In this document: positions 10,643-20,339 of the stretch, in pieces
Position numbering within the stretch: the stretch's first letter is position 1
Layout: each line of letters starts with the position of its first letter
Assembly: GCA_943350175.1 (NCBI GenBank)
Contig: CALQZX010000007.1
Location: forward strand, 1-44,151
DNA: 44,151 nucleotides
Direction: 5' to 3'
Source of the DNA: Parcubacteria group bacterium
GTDB lineage: Bacteria; Patescibacteriota; Microgenomatia; UBA1400; PJMF01
Translations under genes and position numbers: made by a program
Notes under the pieces: model-generated
Told to the model about the DNA's origin: nothing
What the model saw: the letters and a program-made list of their open reading frames with translations, nothing else
Databases searched by the model: none

Positions 10643-11478
10643 TGCTAAAGAAAGTCAGAGGTGAAAGCGCAGGAGTCAGACATCGTTTAGATGTTGATCG
10701 TGGCGACCTACACAAGGGCAAGCCAGAGAAATCTCTTTTGGTCAAAGGCCATAAGAAAAGACAAGGCAAAGACTCTTCTGGTCATATTTCTGTTAGACAT
10801 AGAGGTGGTGGTGTTAAGAAAAGAATGAGAGTTATTGATTTTCGTCGCGAGAAGTTTGGTATTCCAGCCATCGTCAAGAGAATTGAATACGATCCAATGC
10901 GTACAGCTAATGTCGCCCTACTTTTCTATAAAGATGGTGAAAAGAGGTATATCATTGCTCCAGAGGGTTTAGAGATTGGTGCCGAGATCATTTCAGAAGA
11001 AAAAACTGAAGTTAAAGTCGGTAACTGCATGAAATTGAAAAATGTGCCAATTGGTGTCGATATTCATAATATCGAATTACGTCAAGGCAAAGGAGCTCAA
11101 ATTGTCAGAGGAGCTGGTCTTGGAGCCATGGTACAATCCAAAGAAGGTAAATATGCTATTATTGCTCTGCCTTCTAAAGAACAACGCTTAGTGAGTTTAG
11201 AATGTTCAGTCACTATTGGTCGCGTAGGCAATCAAGAGTGGAAGGGTACTAAGCTTGGTAAAGCTGGTCGTAAGAGAATGATGGGTATCAGACCAACTGT
11301 TAGAGGTACTGCTCAACATCCAGACAGTCATCCACACGGTGGTGGTGAAGGTCGTAGCGGTGTCGGTATGAAACACGCTAAGTCTCCATGGGGCAAGAAC
11401 GTCGCTCCAGGTAAGAAGACCAGAAGTGTTAGAAAACCAAGTCGTCATTTAATAAGAGATCGTAGAGCTAAAAATTAA
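10642..11478 (+). CDS. rplB: 50S ribosomal protein L2
   Basis: ISVRHRGGG, IEYDPMR, RPTVRG, HPHGGGEG. Confidence 0.99.
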   Translation: MLKKVRGESAGVRHRLDVDRGDLHKGKPEKSLLVKGHKKRQGKDSSGHISVRHRGGGVKKRMRVIDFRREKFGIPAIVKRIEYDPMRTANVALLFYKDGEKRYIIAPEGLEIGAEIISEEKTEVKVGNCMKLKNVPIGVDIHNIELRQGKGAQIVRGAGLGAMVQSKEGKYAIIALPSKEQRLVSLECSVTIGRVGNQEWKGTKLGKAGRKRMMGIRPTVRGTAQHPDSHPHGGGEGRSGVGMKHAKSPWGKNVAPGKKTRSVRKPSRHLIRDRRAKN

Positions 11479-11504
11479 TTTAAAGTAAAGATAAAGTATA
11501 AAAT

Positions 11505-11789
11505 ATGTCTAGATCAAGTAAAAAAGGACCATTCATCGACCCAAAACTTCTAAAAAAAGTTTTAGCTCAAAAAGCTTCAGGGGAGAATAAATCAATTAAA
11601 ACATGGAGTCGCTCTTGTGTTGTTGCTCCTGAATTCGTTGGTCATACTTTCATGGTTCATCAGGGTAAGAACTTCATTGAAGTTTTTGTATCTGAATTAA
11701 TGGTCGGTCATAAATTGGGTGAATTCGCTCCTACCAGAACCTTCAGAGGTCACGGTAAGATTGTGAAGAGATTGCTAACTAAAACTTAA
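11505..11789 (+). CDS. rpsS: 30S ribosomal protein S19
   Basis: [30 protein letters not shown]. Confidence 0.99.
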   Translation: MSRSSKKGPFIDPKLLKKVLAQKASGENKSIKTWSRSCVVAPEFVGHTFMVHQGKNFIEVFVSELMVGHKLGEFAPTRTFRGHGKIVKRLLTKT

Positions 11790-11810
11790 ACTTTTTTGGA
11801 AAAAACTAAA

Positions 11811-12362
11811 ATGATAATTAAAGCAGAACAAAAAAACACCAGACAGACATCACGCAAAGTGCGTTTAGTTGCTGATGTGGTCAAAAAGATGAGTATCGCT
11901 GATGCCATCAAACAATTGGCTGTTATCAACAGAAAATCCAGTCTTTTGGTGCTCAAGGTTTTGGGTCAAGCAGTTGCTAACGCTACCAATAATTTTGGTT
12001 TGGCTGTTGCTGATTTAGAAATTGATAACATTGTTATTAATGATGGCCCAGCTCTTAAGAGATGGAGAGCAGTTAGTCGTGGTCGCGCTCACACCATTTT
12101 AAAGAGAACCTGTCACGTTAGAGTTGACCTTAGAACTAAAAAAGAAGCTGTGCCTGTTGCTAAAACCGAAGCTCCAAAAGCCGAAGTTGCAGTAGAAGAA
12201 GCTCCAAAAGCCGAAGTCACAGAAGTCAAGAAAAAAACCGTCAAAAAAGCTCAAGATGCTATTAAGTTGGACCGTAGCAAGAATCAAGCAGCTAAACTGC
12301 AGGGTTCTGGTAAAGGTCAGGCTAACAAACTAATACAAAGTCAGAAAAAGGGGTCTAAGTAA
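11811..12362 (+). CDS. rplV: 50S ribosomal protein L22 with long C-terminal extension
   Basis: SRKVRLVAD, AVANATNN, GPALKRWRAVSRGRA, KRTCH; ATG 11811 preferred over TTG 11796. Confidence 0.97.
   Translation: MIIKAEQKNTRQTSRKVRLVADVVKKMSIADAIKQLAVINRKSSLLVLKVLGQAVANATNNFGLAVADLEIDNIVINDGPALKRWRAVSRGRAHTILKRTCHVRVDLRTKKEAVPVAKTEAPKAEVAVEEAPKAEVTEVKKKTVKKAQDAIKLDRSKNQAAKLQGSGKGQANKLIQSQKKGSK
12168..12217 (+). repeat. 20-bp direct repeat (period 30) in the rplV tail
   Basis: GAAGCTCCAAAAGCCGAAGT at 12168-12187 and 12198-12217, encoding EAPKAEV twice. Confidence 0.9.
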
Positions 12363-12366
12363 AGAT

Positions 12367-13017
12367 ATGGGACAAAAAGTTAATCCAATCAAATTTAGAA
12401 TGGGCGGGATTTTCACTTGGAAATCTCTCTGGTTTGCAACTAAAGCAGATTACTCTAACAAAGTTTTAGAAGATTATCGTCTTCGTGAATATTTGGAAGA
12501 GAGTCTTAATAATGCAGGATTAGTTGATATTGAAATCAAACGCTCTATCAATAAACTTTTGATTGTTTTGTCAGTAGCTAGACCAGGTGTTGTCATTGGC
12601 AAGGGTGGTTCAAACCTAGAAAAAGTTAAAGAAGGTGTTGAACGCTTGATTAATGTTTCTAAAGATAAAAAAGACAAAGCCAGAATTGAATTAAAAGTAG
12701 AAGAAGTTAAAAAACCAGATCTAAGTGCCAAATTAGTGCTTGAGAGAATCATTTCTCAATTACTTGCTAGATATCCTCACCGTCGCGCTGTTATGCAGGC
12801 TATGGAAAAGGTGATGGCAGCCGGTGCAAAAGGTGTTAAAATTCAACTCTCTGGTAGAGTCGGTGGCGCTGAAATTGGTCGTAGAGAAAAATACTTCCAA
12901 GGTAGTGTCCCAACTCAAACACTTAGAGCTAATATTGATTATTCTGAAGCCCCAGCCAAGACTCGCTCTGGTTATGTGGGTATTAAAGTATGGATTTATA
13001 AAGGGGAAGTAATCTAG
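12367..13017 (+). CDS. rpsC: 30S ribosomal protein S3
   Basis: MGQKVNP, ARPGVVIGKGG, SGRVGGAEIGR, PTQTLRANIDY. Confidence 0.99.
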   Translation: MGQKVNPIKFRMGGIFTWKSLWFATKADYSNKVLEDYRLREYLEESLNNAGLVDIEIKRSINKLLIVLSVARPGVVIGKGGSNLEKVKEGVERLINVSKDKKDKARIELKVEEVKKPDLSAKLVLERIISQLLARYPHRRAVMQAMEKVMAAGAKGVKIQLSGRVGGAEIGRREKYFQGSVPTQTLRANIDYSEAPAKTRSGYVGIKVWIYKGEVI

Positions 13018-13019
13018 CA

Positions 13020-13430
13020 ATGTTACAGCCAAAAAAAGTAAAATACCGCAAGACCTTTAGAGGTAAAAACAGAGGCAAAGCCTTTCGAGGTTGTGAAATT
13101 GTTTTTGGTGAATATGGCTTAAGAGCCCTAAGTCTTGGTGAGATTTCTGCTCGCCAGATTGAAGCTGCTCGTAAAAAGATCACTTTCGCTACCAAAAGAG
13201 AAGGAAAGTATTGGATTAAGATTTTTCCTCACAAACCTTTAACTCAAAAACCACTTGGTATCAAAATGGGTTCAGGTAAAGGTGCTATTCAAGAATACGT
13301 CGCAGTTATTAAGCCAGGTTTTATTTTGTTTGAAATTGGTGGTGTTAGCGAAGAAATGGCCAAAGCTGCAATGCAAAAAGCCGCTGCTAAGTTATCAGTT
13401 AGAACAGAATTTGTGAAAAAAAGTAAATAA
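13020..13430 (+). CDS. rplP: 50S ribosomal protein L16
   Basis: MLQPKKVKYRK, RQIEAAR, IFPHKP, MGSGKG. Confidence 0.99.
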   Translation: MLQPKKVKYRKTFRGKNRGKAFRGCEIVFGEYGLRALSLGEISARQIEAARKKITFATKREGKYWIKIFPHKPLTQKPLGIKMGSGKGAIQEYVAVIKPGFILFEIGGVSEEMAKAAMQKAAAKLSVRTEFVKKSK

Positions 13431-13639
13431 TGAAAAGAAACGAAATCAAAGCACTGAGTCAAAAGACAGTGGCCGAGCTCAATCAAGAACTGCTTAAGCT
13501 AAGTCATGATCTTGCTAACATGCGTTTGCAGAAAAAAGTTGGCAAACTAAGTAGTGTCTCAAAGCTTAGAAATCTTAGTGATGATATTGCCAGAATAAAA
13601 ACCGTTCTTACACAAAAAGAGACGCTCGGAAACAAATAA
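13430..13639 (+). CDS. rpmC: 50S ribosomal protein L29
   Basis: Short helical protein with DIARIKTVL; operon position. Confidence 0.95.
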   Translation: MKRNEIKALSQKTVAELNQELLKLSHDLANMRLQKKVGKLSSVSKLRNLSDDIARIKTVLTQKETLGNK

Positions 13640-13640
13640 T

Positions 13641-13880
13641 ATGAAAAAGTTACAAGGTAAAGTCACATCTTTAAAGACCACAAATACAGCCATCGTTGAG
13701 GTTGGTCGTGTTCTAGCTCATCCTTTATACCAGAAATTAATTAGAACAAGTAAAAAATATGCTTGTGATTTCGATGCCAAGACTATGGAATTGGTTTTAA
13801 ATGATGTCGTTGAAATAGTCGAAACCCGTCCTCTTAGTAAAACTAAGAGATTTAAAGTAATCAAGAAAATTGGAAAATAG
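13641..13880 (+). CDS. rpsQ: 30S ribosomal protein S17
   Basis: [24 protein letters not shown]. Confidence 0.97.
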   Translation: MKKLQGKVTSLKTTNTAIVEVGRVLAHPLYQKLIRTSKKYACDFDAKTMELVLNDVVEIVETRPLSKTKRFKVIKKIGK

Positions 13881-13882
13881 CC

Positions 13883-14257
13883 ATGATACAACTAAGAACA
13901 GTCCTAGCAATAGCTGACAATAGCGGTGCCAAAAAAATTAGAGTCATCCAAGTTTATGGTGGTTCTAGAAGAAGATTTGGCGGCGTTGGTGATATGGTTA
14001 TCGGTTCAGTAATTGACGCCGATGCTAATGGCACCATAAAAAAAGGTGAAAAAGTTAGAGCTGTCATCGTTAGAACTGCCAAAGAGCAAAGAAGAGATAG
14101 CGGTGAGTATATTCGTTTCGATGAAAATGCCGCAGTTATCATTCAAGCTCGTAACAACAAAGAACCAGTTGGTACTCGTGTTTTCGGACCAATTGCTCGT
14201 GAAGTCAAAGATCAAGGATATAATAAAGTTGCTAGTTTAGCTCCGGAGGTATTATGA
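13883..14257 (+). CDS. rplN: 50S ribosomal protein L14
   Basis: [34 protein letters not shown]. Confidence 0.99.
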   Translation: MIQLRTVLAIADNSGAKKIRVIQVYGGSRRRFGGVGDMVIGSVIDADANGTIKKGEKVRAVIVRTAKEQRRDSGEYIRFDENAAVIIQARNNKEPVGTRVFGPIAREVKDQGYNKVASLAPEVL

Positions 14258-14595
14258 AATTAAAAATTGGAGATAAAGTTCTAGTCACTTCTGGAAAAGA
14301 CAAAGGCAAAAAGAGCGAAATCATTGCTGTTTTTCCTACCAAAGATAAAGTTTTGGTTAAAGATGTTAACATGTACGTTAAACACGTCAAACCTTTGATG
14401 GATAGACCAGGAGAAAAAGTAAGAAAAGAACGCTCAATGTCTGTAGCTAAAGTAGCCATCTTGAATGACAAAGATCAAGCAGACAGAATAGCTTATCAGC
14501 TTACTGCTGATGGTAAAAAAGAGAGAATTTTTAAGAAAACTGGTCAGATCATTAAAGACCAAAAAGTAGCTGTCGCTAAGAAAAAAATAATATGA
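14254..14595 (+). CDS. rplX: 50S ribosomal protein L24
   Basis: KOW motif [14 protein letters not shown]; KHVKP. Confidence 0.98.
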   Translation: MKLKIGDKVLVTSGKDKGKKSEIIAVFPTKDKVLVKDVNMYVKHVKPLMDRPGEKVRKERSMSVAKVAILNDKDQADRIAYQLTADGKKERIFKKTGQIIKDQKVAVAKKKII

Positions 14596-15155
14596 ACCGT
14601 TTGAAGCAAAAATACCAAGAAGAAGTGGTCAAAACCTTGATGAAAGAGTTTTCTTACGAGAATCCTTTCCAAGTAACTAAAGTTGAGAAAATAGTTCTTA
14701 ATATTGGTGTTACCCAACCTCAAGATCCTCACGCTAGAGAAAAAGTTATGCCTTTGATTGTTAAGCAATTCGAAGACATCACTGGTCAACATCCTCAAAT
14801 CACCAAGGCTCGCAAAGCTGTCTCTAATTTTAAATTAAGAGAAGGAGATCCAATGGGTGTGATGGTTACTCTTCGTGGCAACCTAATGTGGGAATTTTTT
14901 GACAGATTAGTTTCAGTCGTTTTGCCACGTGTCAAAGATTTTCGTGGAATTAGTAGAACCGCCTTCGATGGTCAGGGTAATTATAGTCTTGGAATTGAAG
15001 AGCAAATTTCTTTTCCAGAGGTTGAATTCGATCAAATTGATCGCATCAGACCACTACAAGTTAACTTTGTGACTAGTAACAAAAATGATAAAGAAGCATT
15101 TCGTTTATTAGAGCTTCTCGGTATGCCTTTCAAAAAGGAAGAAGACAAGAATTAA
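14592..15155 (+). CDS. rplE: 50S ribosomal protein L5
   Basis: KIVLNIG, ITGQHP, FKLREG, LPRVKDFRG, FDGQGNYSLG. Confidence 0.99.
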   Translation: MNRLKQKYQEEVVKTLMKEFSYENPFQVTKVEKIVLNIGVTQPQDPHAREKVMPLIVKQFEDITGQHPQITKARKAVSNFKLREGDPMGVMVTLRGNLMWEFFDRLVSVVLPRVKDFRGISRTAFDGQGNYSLGIEEQISFPEVEFDQIDRIRPLQVNFVTSNKNDKEAFRLLELLGMPFKKEEDKN

Positions 15156-15158
15156 AGT

Positions 15159-15389
15159 ATGGCTAAAAAATCAAAGATTGCTCAATCAAAGAAAATGGCA
15201 GCTAAACGCGAGACTTTATTGAAGTCTGGTGTGAAAAAAGTAAATAAGGTCTCGACTAGAGTGATAAACCGTTGTAAAATCACTGGTCGCCCAAGAGGTT
15301 ACATGCGTTTCTTTGGTTTAAGTCGTCTTACTTTCAGAGAATTAGCAGCTAAAGGTGAATTGCCAGGTGTAGTAAAAACCAGTAAATAA
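15159..15389 (+). CDS. rpsN: 30S ribosomal protein S14 (lacks zinc-ribbon Cys set)
   Basis: [34 protein letters not shown]. Confidence 0.97.
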   Translation: MAKKSKIAQSKKMAAKRETLLKSGVKKVNKVSTRVINRCKITGRPRGYMRFFGLSRLTFRELAAKGELPGVVKTSK

Positions 15390-15399
15390 GACAAAAAAT

Positions 15400-15795
15400 A
15401 TGACCGATCCTATTGCAGACATGATTATCAGAATAAAGAACGCCGTGGCAGCAGGTCACAAAGATCTTTTAGTGCCTCATTCCAAAATGAAAGAGTCATT
15501 GGCTAGAATCTTAAAAGAATTCAATTACATCGAAAGTTACAAAGTTATCGCCCCAACTGATGATGCTTTTACTCAAATTAAGATTGTTCTTAAGTATGCA
15601 GGCAAAGCTTCAGTCATTAGTGGAGTGAAAAGAGTTTCTAAACCAGGATGTCGCATTTATAAAAGCTCTGGCACAATCCCAAGAACCCTCAATGGTTATG
15701 GCTTGACTATCTTGTCAACCAACAAGGGTATTATGGATGGTAAGAGCGCACACAAGAGTAATCTTGGTGGAGAGGTACTTTTCCAGATTTGGTAA
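15400..15795 (+). CDS. rpsH: 30S ribosomal protein S8
   Basis: MTDPIADMIIRIKNA, RVSKPGCRIY, ILSTNKG, GGEVL. Confidence 0.99.
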   Translation: MTDPIADMIIRIKNAVAAGHKDLLVPHSKMKESLARILKEFNYIESYKVIAPTDDAFTQIKIVLKYAGKASVISGVKRVSKPGCRIYKSSGTIPRTLNGYGLTILSTNKGIMDGKSAHKSNLGGEVLFQIW

Positions 15796-15810
15796 AGAAT
15801 TCTAAAAGAT

Positions 15811-16350
15811 ATGTCAAAAATTGGTAAAAAAATCATCACTATTCCAAGTCAAGTTACTGTCTCTATCCTTAATAAAGAGGTAACTGCAAGAGGTCCTAAA
15901 GGTGAATTAAAACTAACTCTTCTACCTAATATTGAGGTAAAAATTGAAGGTGATAAATTGTCTTTATCTCGCAGTAACAACGAAAAACAAACCAAGGCTA
16001 ATCATGGTTTGCTCAGAAGTTTAATTGCCAACAACATTGAAGGTGTCGCAAGTTCTTACAAAAAAACCTTGAAATTAATCGGTACTGGTTATAGAGTCAC
16101 TGCTAAGGGAGCTGGTTTATCCATGACTCTTGGTTATTCTCACGTGACTGAAGTCGAAGCAATTGCTGGAATTTCTTTCAAAGTTGAAGGTAATGACGTC
16201 ATTCATGTTGAAGGTATTGATAAGCAATTAGTCGGTCAAGTAGCTGCCGATATTAGAAGTCTTAGACCACCAGAGCCTTATTTGGGCAAAGGTATTCGTT
16301 ACATTGATGAAGTAGTCAAAAAGAAAGCAGGTAAAGCTGCTGCTAAATAA
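15811..16350 (+). CDS. rplF: 50S ribosomal protein L6
   Basis: MSKIGK, GPKGEL, LGYSH, RPPEPYLGKGIRY. Confidence 0.99.
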   Translation: MSKIGKKIITIPSQVTVSILNKEVTARGPKGELKLTLLPNIEVKIEGDKLSLSRSNNEKQTKANHGLLRSLIANNIEGVASSYKKTLKLIGTGYRVTAKGAGLSMTLGYSHVTEVEAIAGISFKVEGNDVIHVEGIDKQLVGQVAADIRSLRPPEPYLGKGIRYIDEVVKKKAGKAAAK

Positions 16351-16361
16351 TTAGGAATAAA

Positions 16362-16721
16362 ATGTCAGATATTAAAACATTAAATAAAAATAGATTGAAA
16401 AGACAACAGCGTATCAGAGCTAAGATTACTGGTACTCCTGTTCGTCCTCGTCTGACCATTTTACGTTCCAATGAACACATCTCCTTACAAGTGGTAGATG
16501 ACTCTATTGGTCAAACTTTGGCTTCTGCCAGCGATTTGGCTAAAGATAAGAAAATTGAAGGTACTAAAACTCAAAGAGCTATTGCTGTTAGTCAAGTTTT
16601 GTTGGCAGCCCTAAAGAAGAAAAAAGTTACCAGTTTAGTTTTTGATCGTTCTTATTATAAGTATCACGGCAGAATCAAAGCAGTAGCAGAAGTTCTACGT
16701 GAAGGTGGAATCCAACTATAA
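16362..16721 (+). CDS. rplR: 50S ribosomal protein L18
   Basis: RPRLTILRSN, TLASAS, VFDRSYYKYHGRIKA. Confidence 0.98.
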   Translation: MSDIKTLNKNRLKRQQRIRAKITGTPVRPRLTILRSNEHISLQVVDDSIGQTLASASDLAKDKKIEGTKTQRAIAVSQVLLAALKKKKVTSLVFDRSYYKYHGRIKAVAEVLREGGIQL

Positions 16722-16723
16722 AT

Positions 16724-17377
16724 ATGGCAAGAGATAATTTTAACAAACCAGAAGTTAAGGAATTTGAAGAGAAAGTCATTCAAATTTCTAGAGTGTCTAA
16801 AAAAACCAAAGGTGGCAACAAAGCTGGTTTTTCAGTTTTGATGGTCGTTGGTGATAAAAAAGGTCGCGTTGGTGTTGGTCTTGGTAAAGCTGGTGATGTT
16901 CTATCTGCCATCAAAAAAAGTGTCAAAAAAGCCAAGAAAAAAATGATCAGTGTTCCTCTTGATGGAACCACTATTCCTTTTGCTATTACTGTTAAAAAAG
17001 GTGCAGGCAAAGTCATGATGAAGCCTTCCACCAAAGGAACTGGTGTTATCGCCGGTGGTCCAGTCAGAGCTGTTGTGGAAGCTGCTGGTGTCAGAGATAT
17101 CACTTGCAAGATTATGGGTAGTGATAATCAATCATCTTCAGTTTACGCTACTTTTGAAGCACTTAAGCAAATTTCTAGATTAGTTGAAATCAAAGACATT
17201 AAATTGCGCTCTATTTCAGACATTGAAGAAGAAGAGAGAAAAAAGATGGATGAATTGCAGAAAAAAGCTAGTGATTCAGCTGCTAGAACCGAAGCTGTGC
17301 ACAAGAGTGAAGTTGCTGCCGTCAAAGAATTAAAGAAAACCGTTAAAAAACCAGTCAATAAGCCAAGCAGTAAATAA
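16724..17377 (+). CDS. rpsE: 30S ribosomal protein S5 with charged C-terminal extension
   Basis: RVSKKTKGG, VVGDKKGRVGVGLGKA, GTGVIAGG. Confidence 0.99.
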   Translation: MARDNFNKPEVKEFEEKVIQISRVSKKTKGGNKAGFSVLMVVGDKKGRVGVGLGKAGDVLSAIKKSVKKAKKKMISVPLDGTTIPFAITVKKGAGKVMMKPSTKGTGVIAGGPVRAVVEAAGVRDITCKIMGSDNQSSSVYATFEALKQISRLVEIKDIKLRSISDIEEEERKKMDELQKKASDSAARTEAVHKSEVAAVKELKKTVKKPVNKPSSK

Positions 17378-17386
17378 GGATCTATA

Positions 17387-17827
17387 ATGTCTATTTTAAG
17401 TTTAATCAAAAAAATCACCGACAAAGGAGCCAAACGCTTAGGCAGGGGCTATGGTTCTGGTAAAGGTGGTCACACTTCTTCTAGAGGTCAAAAAGGTCAA
17501 AAGTCTCGTACTGGTTCCAAAGTTCCTCTTTGGTTTGAAGGTGGTTCACTTCCTCTTTCCAAAAGAATCCCAATGTGGAGAGGTAAAGGTCGTTTCAAAA
17601 GCTTACATCCAACCGCTGAATTAACCTTGAGTGATTTAAACAAAATTGAATTAACCGATATTACCCTAGACTCTCTTAAATTGAATAGAGTAATTGATAG
17701 AAGATTCAAAAAAGCCAAAGTCATCAGTAAAGGTAAATTAAGCAAAAAAGTTAATTTAAAAGGCATTGGTGTTTCTGAGTCTGCCAAAAAAGAGATTGAA
17801 GCTCTTGGCGGAACAATCGAAAACTAA
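17387..17827 (+). CDS. rplO: 50S ribosomal protein L15
   Basis: RLGRGYGSGKG, RGQKGQKSR, FEGG, IEALGG. Confidence 0.98.
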   Translation: MSILSLIKKITDKGAKRLGRGYGSGKGGHTSSRGQKGQKSRTGSKVPLWFEGGSLPLSKRIPMWRGKGRFKSLHPTAELTLSDLNKIELTDITLDSLKLNRVIDRRFKKAKVISKGKLSKKVNLKGIGVSESAKKEIEALGGTIEN

Positions 17828-17835
17828 AAGCGATC

Positions 17836-17864
17836 TTGCTTTGTAGCTTTTATTTAGTTAGAAT
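17836..17864 (+). promoter_or_regulatory. Internal sigma70 promoter upstream of secY
   Basis: TTGCTT (17836-17841), 17 nt, TAGAAT (17859-17864). Confidence 0.65.
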
Positions 17865-17887
17865 GTTGACTTCTCGACCAAACAGAA

Positions 17888-19174
17888 GTGATAGAAAAAT
17901 TTTTAAATAAAATCCGAGCAGTTTTCTCCAACCCCAAGCTTAAAAGCAAGCTCTTATTTACCCTAGCAATTTTTGCTCTCACCAGAATTCTCGCTCACAT
18001 TCCTGTGCCAGTGGTTGATTTAACTCAATTGAAGTTTTTATTTGATTCAAATCAATTTTTAAGTTTCTTAAACATTTTTTCTGGTGGCACTTTAGCCAGG
18101 CTTTCTGTGGTAGCTGTTGGTATTAATCCTTACATTACTGCTTCTATTATCATGCAGCTTCTGGGAATGGTTTTTCCAAAGATCAAAGAAATGCAAAAAG
18201 AAGGCGAGGCTTCCAGAGCCAAGCTCAATCAATACATGCGCTTGATGTCGATGCCAATAGCAATTATTCAAGCTATTTCAGTCATTGCTTTGCTAAATTC
18301 TCAAAATTTATTAGTTGGAGCTGGTTTGTCTAGTATGATTGTAGTGATCTCCACTTTAGTGGCAGGAGCTATGGTGATGATGTGGCTCGGTGAGGTAATT
18401 AATGAAAAAGGTATTGGTAATGGTATTTCGATGATTCTTCTAGCCGGCATTGTTAGTCAAATTCCATCCAGTGTTGCTTCCCTTTTTACTTTAGTAGACA
18501 CCGTTTCTTTTAGTTCTCTTTTGATGATTGTCATCTTGTTGTCTGGTGTAATCTGGACTGTTGTTTTTATGAATGAAGCTTCTCGTAAAATCCCTATTCA
18601 ATACGCCAAAAGAATCAGGGGCGGCCGCCAGTTGGGTGGTCAACAAACTCATCTGCCAATTAAAGTTAATGTGGCTGGAGTAATGCCTATTATTTTTGCA
18701 GTTTCCTTAATGATGTTGCCATCTTTTATTGGTAAATTATTAATGTTGGCCAAAAATGAGGCACTAATTGGAATTGGAGAAAAAATTACTGTCTATTTTT
18801 CACCAACTTCCTATGTCTATTTAATTAGCTATTTTGTGCTGGTTTTTGTTTTTAGTTATTTTTCAGCGATTATTTTCTTTAATGCTGGAGACATTTCTGA
18901 CGAACTTAAAAAGAGTGGCGCTTTCATTCCTGGAATTAGACCAGGTAGCCCAACCAGAAAATTTTTAGAATTCGTAGTGACAAGAATTACTTTTGCTGGA
19001 GCAATTTTTTTGGCTTCCATAGCAGTTTTACCATCCATTGCTCAAATGATGACAGGGATTCAATCCTTGGCAGTGGGAGGAACCAGTATTTTAATTGTGG
19101 TTTCAGTAATTTTGGACACTTCTAAGCAAATCAATTCTCAATTGCTTAGTGAAAACTATGAAAAATATTCCTAA
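17888..19174 (+). CDS. secY: Preprotein translocase subunit SecY
   Basis: Multi-TM protein with GINPYITASII, GIGNGIS, AGVMPIIFA, FIPGIRPG, GGTSILIVV. Confidence 0.99.
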   Translation: MIEKFLNKIRAVFSNPKLKSKLLFTLAIFALTRILAHIPVPVVDLTQLKFLFDSNQFLSFLNIFSGGTLARLSVVAVGINPYITASIIMQLLGMVFPKIKEMQKEGEASRAKLNQYMRLMSMPIAIIQAISVIALLNSQNLLVGAGLSSMIVVISTLVAGAMVMMWLGEVINEKGIGNGISMILLAGIVSQIPSSVASLFTLVDTVSFSSLLMIVILLSGVIWTVVFMNEASRKIPIQYAKRIRGGRQLGGQQTHLPIKVNVAGVMPIIFAVSLMMLPSFIGKLLMLAKNEALIGIGEKITVYFSPTSYVYLISYFVLVFVFSYFSAIIFFNAGDISDELKKSGAFIPGIRPGSPTRKFLEFVVTRITFAGAIFLASIAVLPSIAQMMTGIQSLAVGGTSILIVVSVILDTSKQINSQLLSENYEKYS

Positions 19175-19202
19175 TATTACATCTAATCAGCAGAAAGGCA
19201 GT

Positions 19203-19766
19203 ATGCAATTAGTCTTAGTAGGTATCCAAGGAGCTGGTAAATCCACCCAAGGAAACCTCTTGTCTGAGAAATATAATATTCCTTACTTGTCTTCTGGACA
19301 CGTTTTTCGTGAAATGTCTAAGGAAAAAACTCCACTTGGCCGTTTTCTCAAAGAAACTTTAAACGCTGGTTATTTAATTCCTGATGATAAGACTGTTGAC
19401 ATTGTCATGGAGTATTTGCATAAACCTGAGTATCAGAATGGTTTTATTTTGGATGGTTTTCCACGTACTGTTCCACAAGCTGAGGCTTTTCAACAATTTA
19501 CCAAGGGTGAAGAAGTTACTATTCTGATTGATGTATCAGACAAAGAAGCTCTTTGGAGAATTTCTGGTAGAGTCAGCGATCGCGGTGATGAAACTTTGCA
19601 AGCCATTCGTAAGAGAATTGATCTTTTTCATGAGAAAACTTCCAAAGTTTTGGATTACTACGCTGCGCGTAAACACCTAGCAGCGGTTGATGGTGAGAAA
19701 AGCGTTGAAGAAGTTTTTGCACAAATTGTTGAAAAAGTGGAGAGCATTCTTTCAAAAAACGATTAA
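19203..19766 (+). CDS. adk: Adenylate kinase, short form without LID domain
   Basis: P-loop GIQGAGKSTQ, GFILDGFPRT, RGDE; start at ATG 19203 after AAAGG. Confidence 0.93.
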   Translation: MQLVLVGIQGAGKSTQGNLLSEKYNIPYLSSGHVFREMSKEKTPLGRFLKETLNAGYLIPDDKTVDIVMEYLHKPEYQNGFILDGFPRTVPQAEAFQQFTKGEEVTILIDVSDKEALWRISGRVSDRGDETLQAIRKRIDLFHEKTSKVLDYYAARKHLAAVDGEKSVEEVFAQIVEKVESILSKND

Positions 19767-19768
19767 TC

Positions 19769-19777
19769 TGGTATAAT
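19769..19777 (+). promoter_or_regulatory. Putative extended -10 promoter for infA
   Basis: TGGTATAAT 28 nt upstream of the infA ATG. Confidence 0.55.
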
Positions 19778-19805
19778 ATCCAGGTTACTTTGAAAAAAGA
19801 ATCAT

Positions 19806-20129
19806 ATGGGTAAAGTACAAGATCATAGAAGAAGCTCGAAGGTCAAACGACAGGTTGACTTCACACTGCAAAGTGCTGATAGTCAAACAGATCGTTTTGA
19901 AATTGTTGGTGAAGTGACAGATTGTCTGCCAAACACCATGTTCAGAATCAAGGTCACTGATGCGACAGCTAAGCAAATGATCGGTAAGGTTTTACTAGGC
20001 ACTCTAGCTGGTAAAATGCGTCTTTATCGTATTAGAGTGATGCCTGGTGACTTTGTCAAAGGCTACGTCTCTAAGTATGATTTGGGTAAGTGTAAGGTCA
20101 CTTACAGAAGTAGTAAAGAAAAAGTATAA
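19806..20129 (+). CDS. infA: Translation initiation factor IF-1 (extended)
   Basis: GEVTDCLPNTMFRI, AGKMRLYRIRVMPGD, SKYDL, VTYR; position after adk. Confidence 0.93.
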   Translation: MGKVQDHRRSSKVKRQVDFTLQSADSQTDRFEIVGEVTDCLPNTMFRIKVTDATAKQMIGKVLLGTLAGKMRLYRIRVMPGDFVKGYVSKYDLGKCKVTYRSSKEKV

Positions 20130-20222
20130 AAAATAAATCCGCGAAAGTAGGGTTTAATAAGCGCAATTGCCTCTTTAAAAAGTTGCTTTTATGAGGTATA
20201 TTGCGAGACTATTGTTATTATT

Positions 20223-20336
20223 ATGAAAGTCAAAGCATCATTAAAGAAAATGTGCATTAGTTGCAAGTTTGTTAAACGTAAGGGAAATTTATACGTTATT
20301 TGTAGTAATCCCAAACATAAACAACGTCAAGGATAA
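20223..20336 (+). CDS. rpmJ: 50S ribosomal protein L36 (37 aa, zinc-ribbon type; absent from ORF track)
   Basis: Translates to [37 protein letters not shown]. Confidence 0.98.
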   Translation: MKVKASLKKMCISCKFVKRKGNLYVICSNPKHKQRQG

Positions 20337-20339
20337 TTT

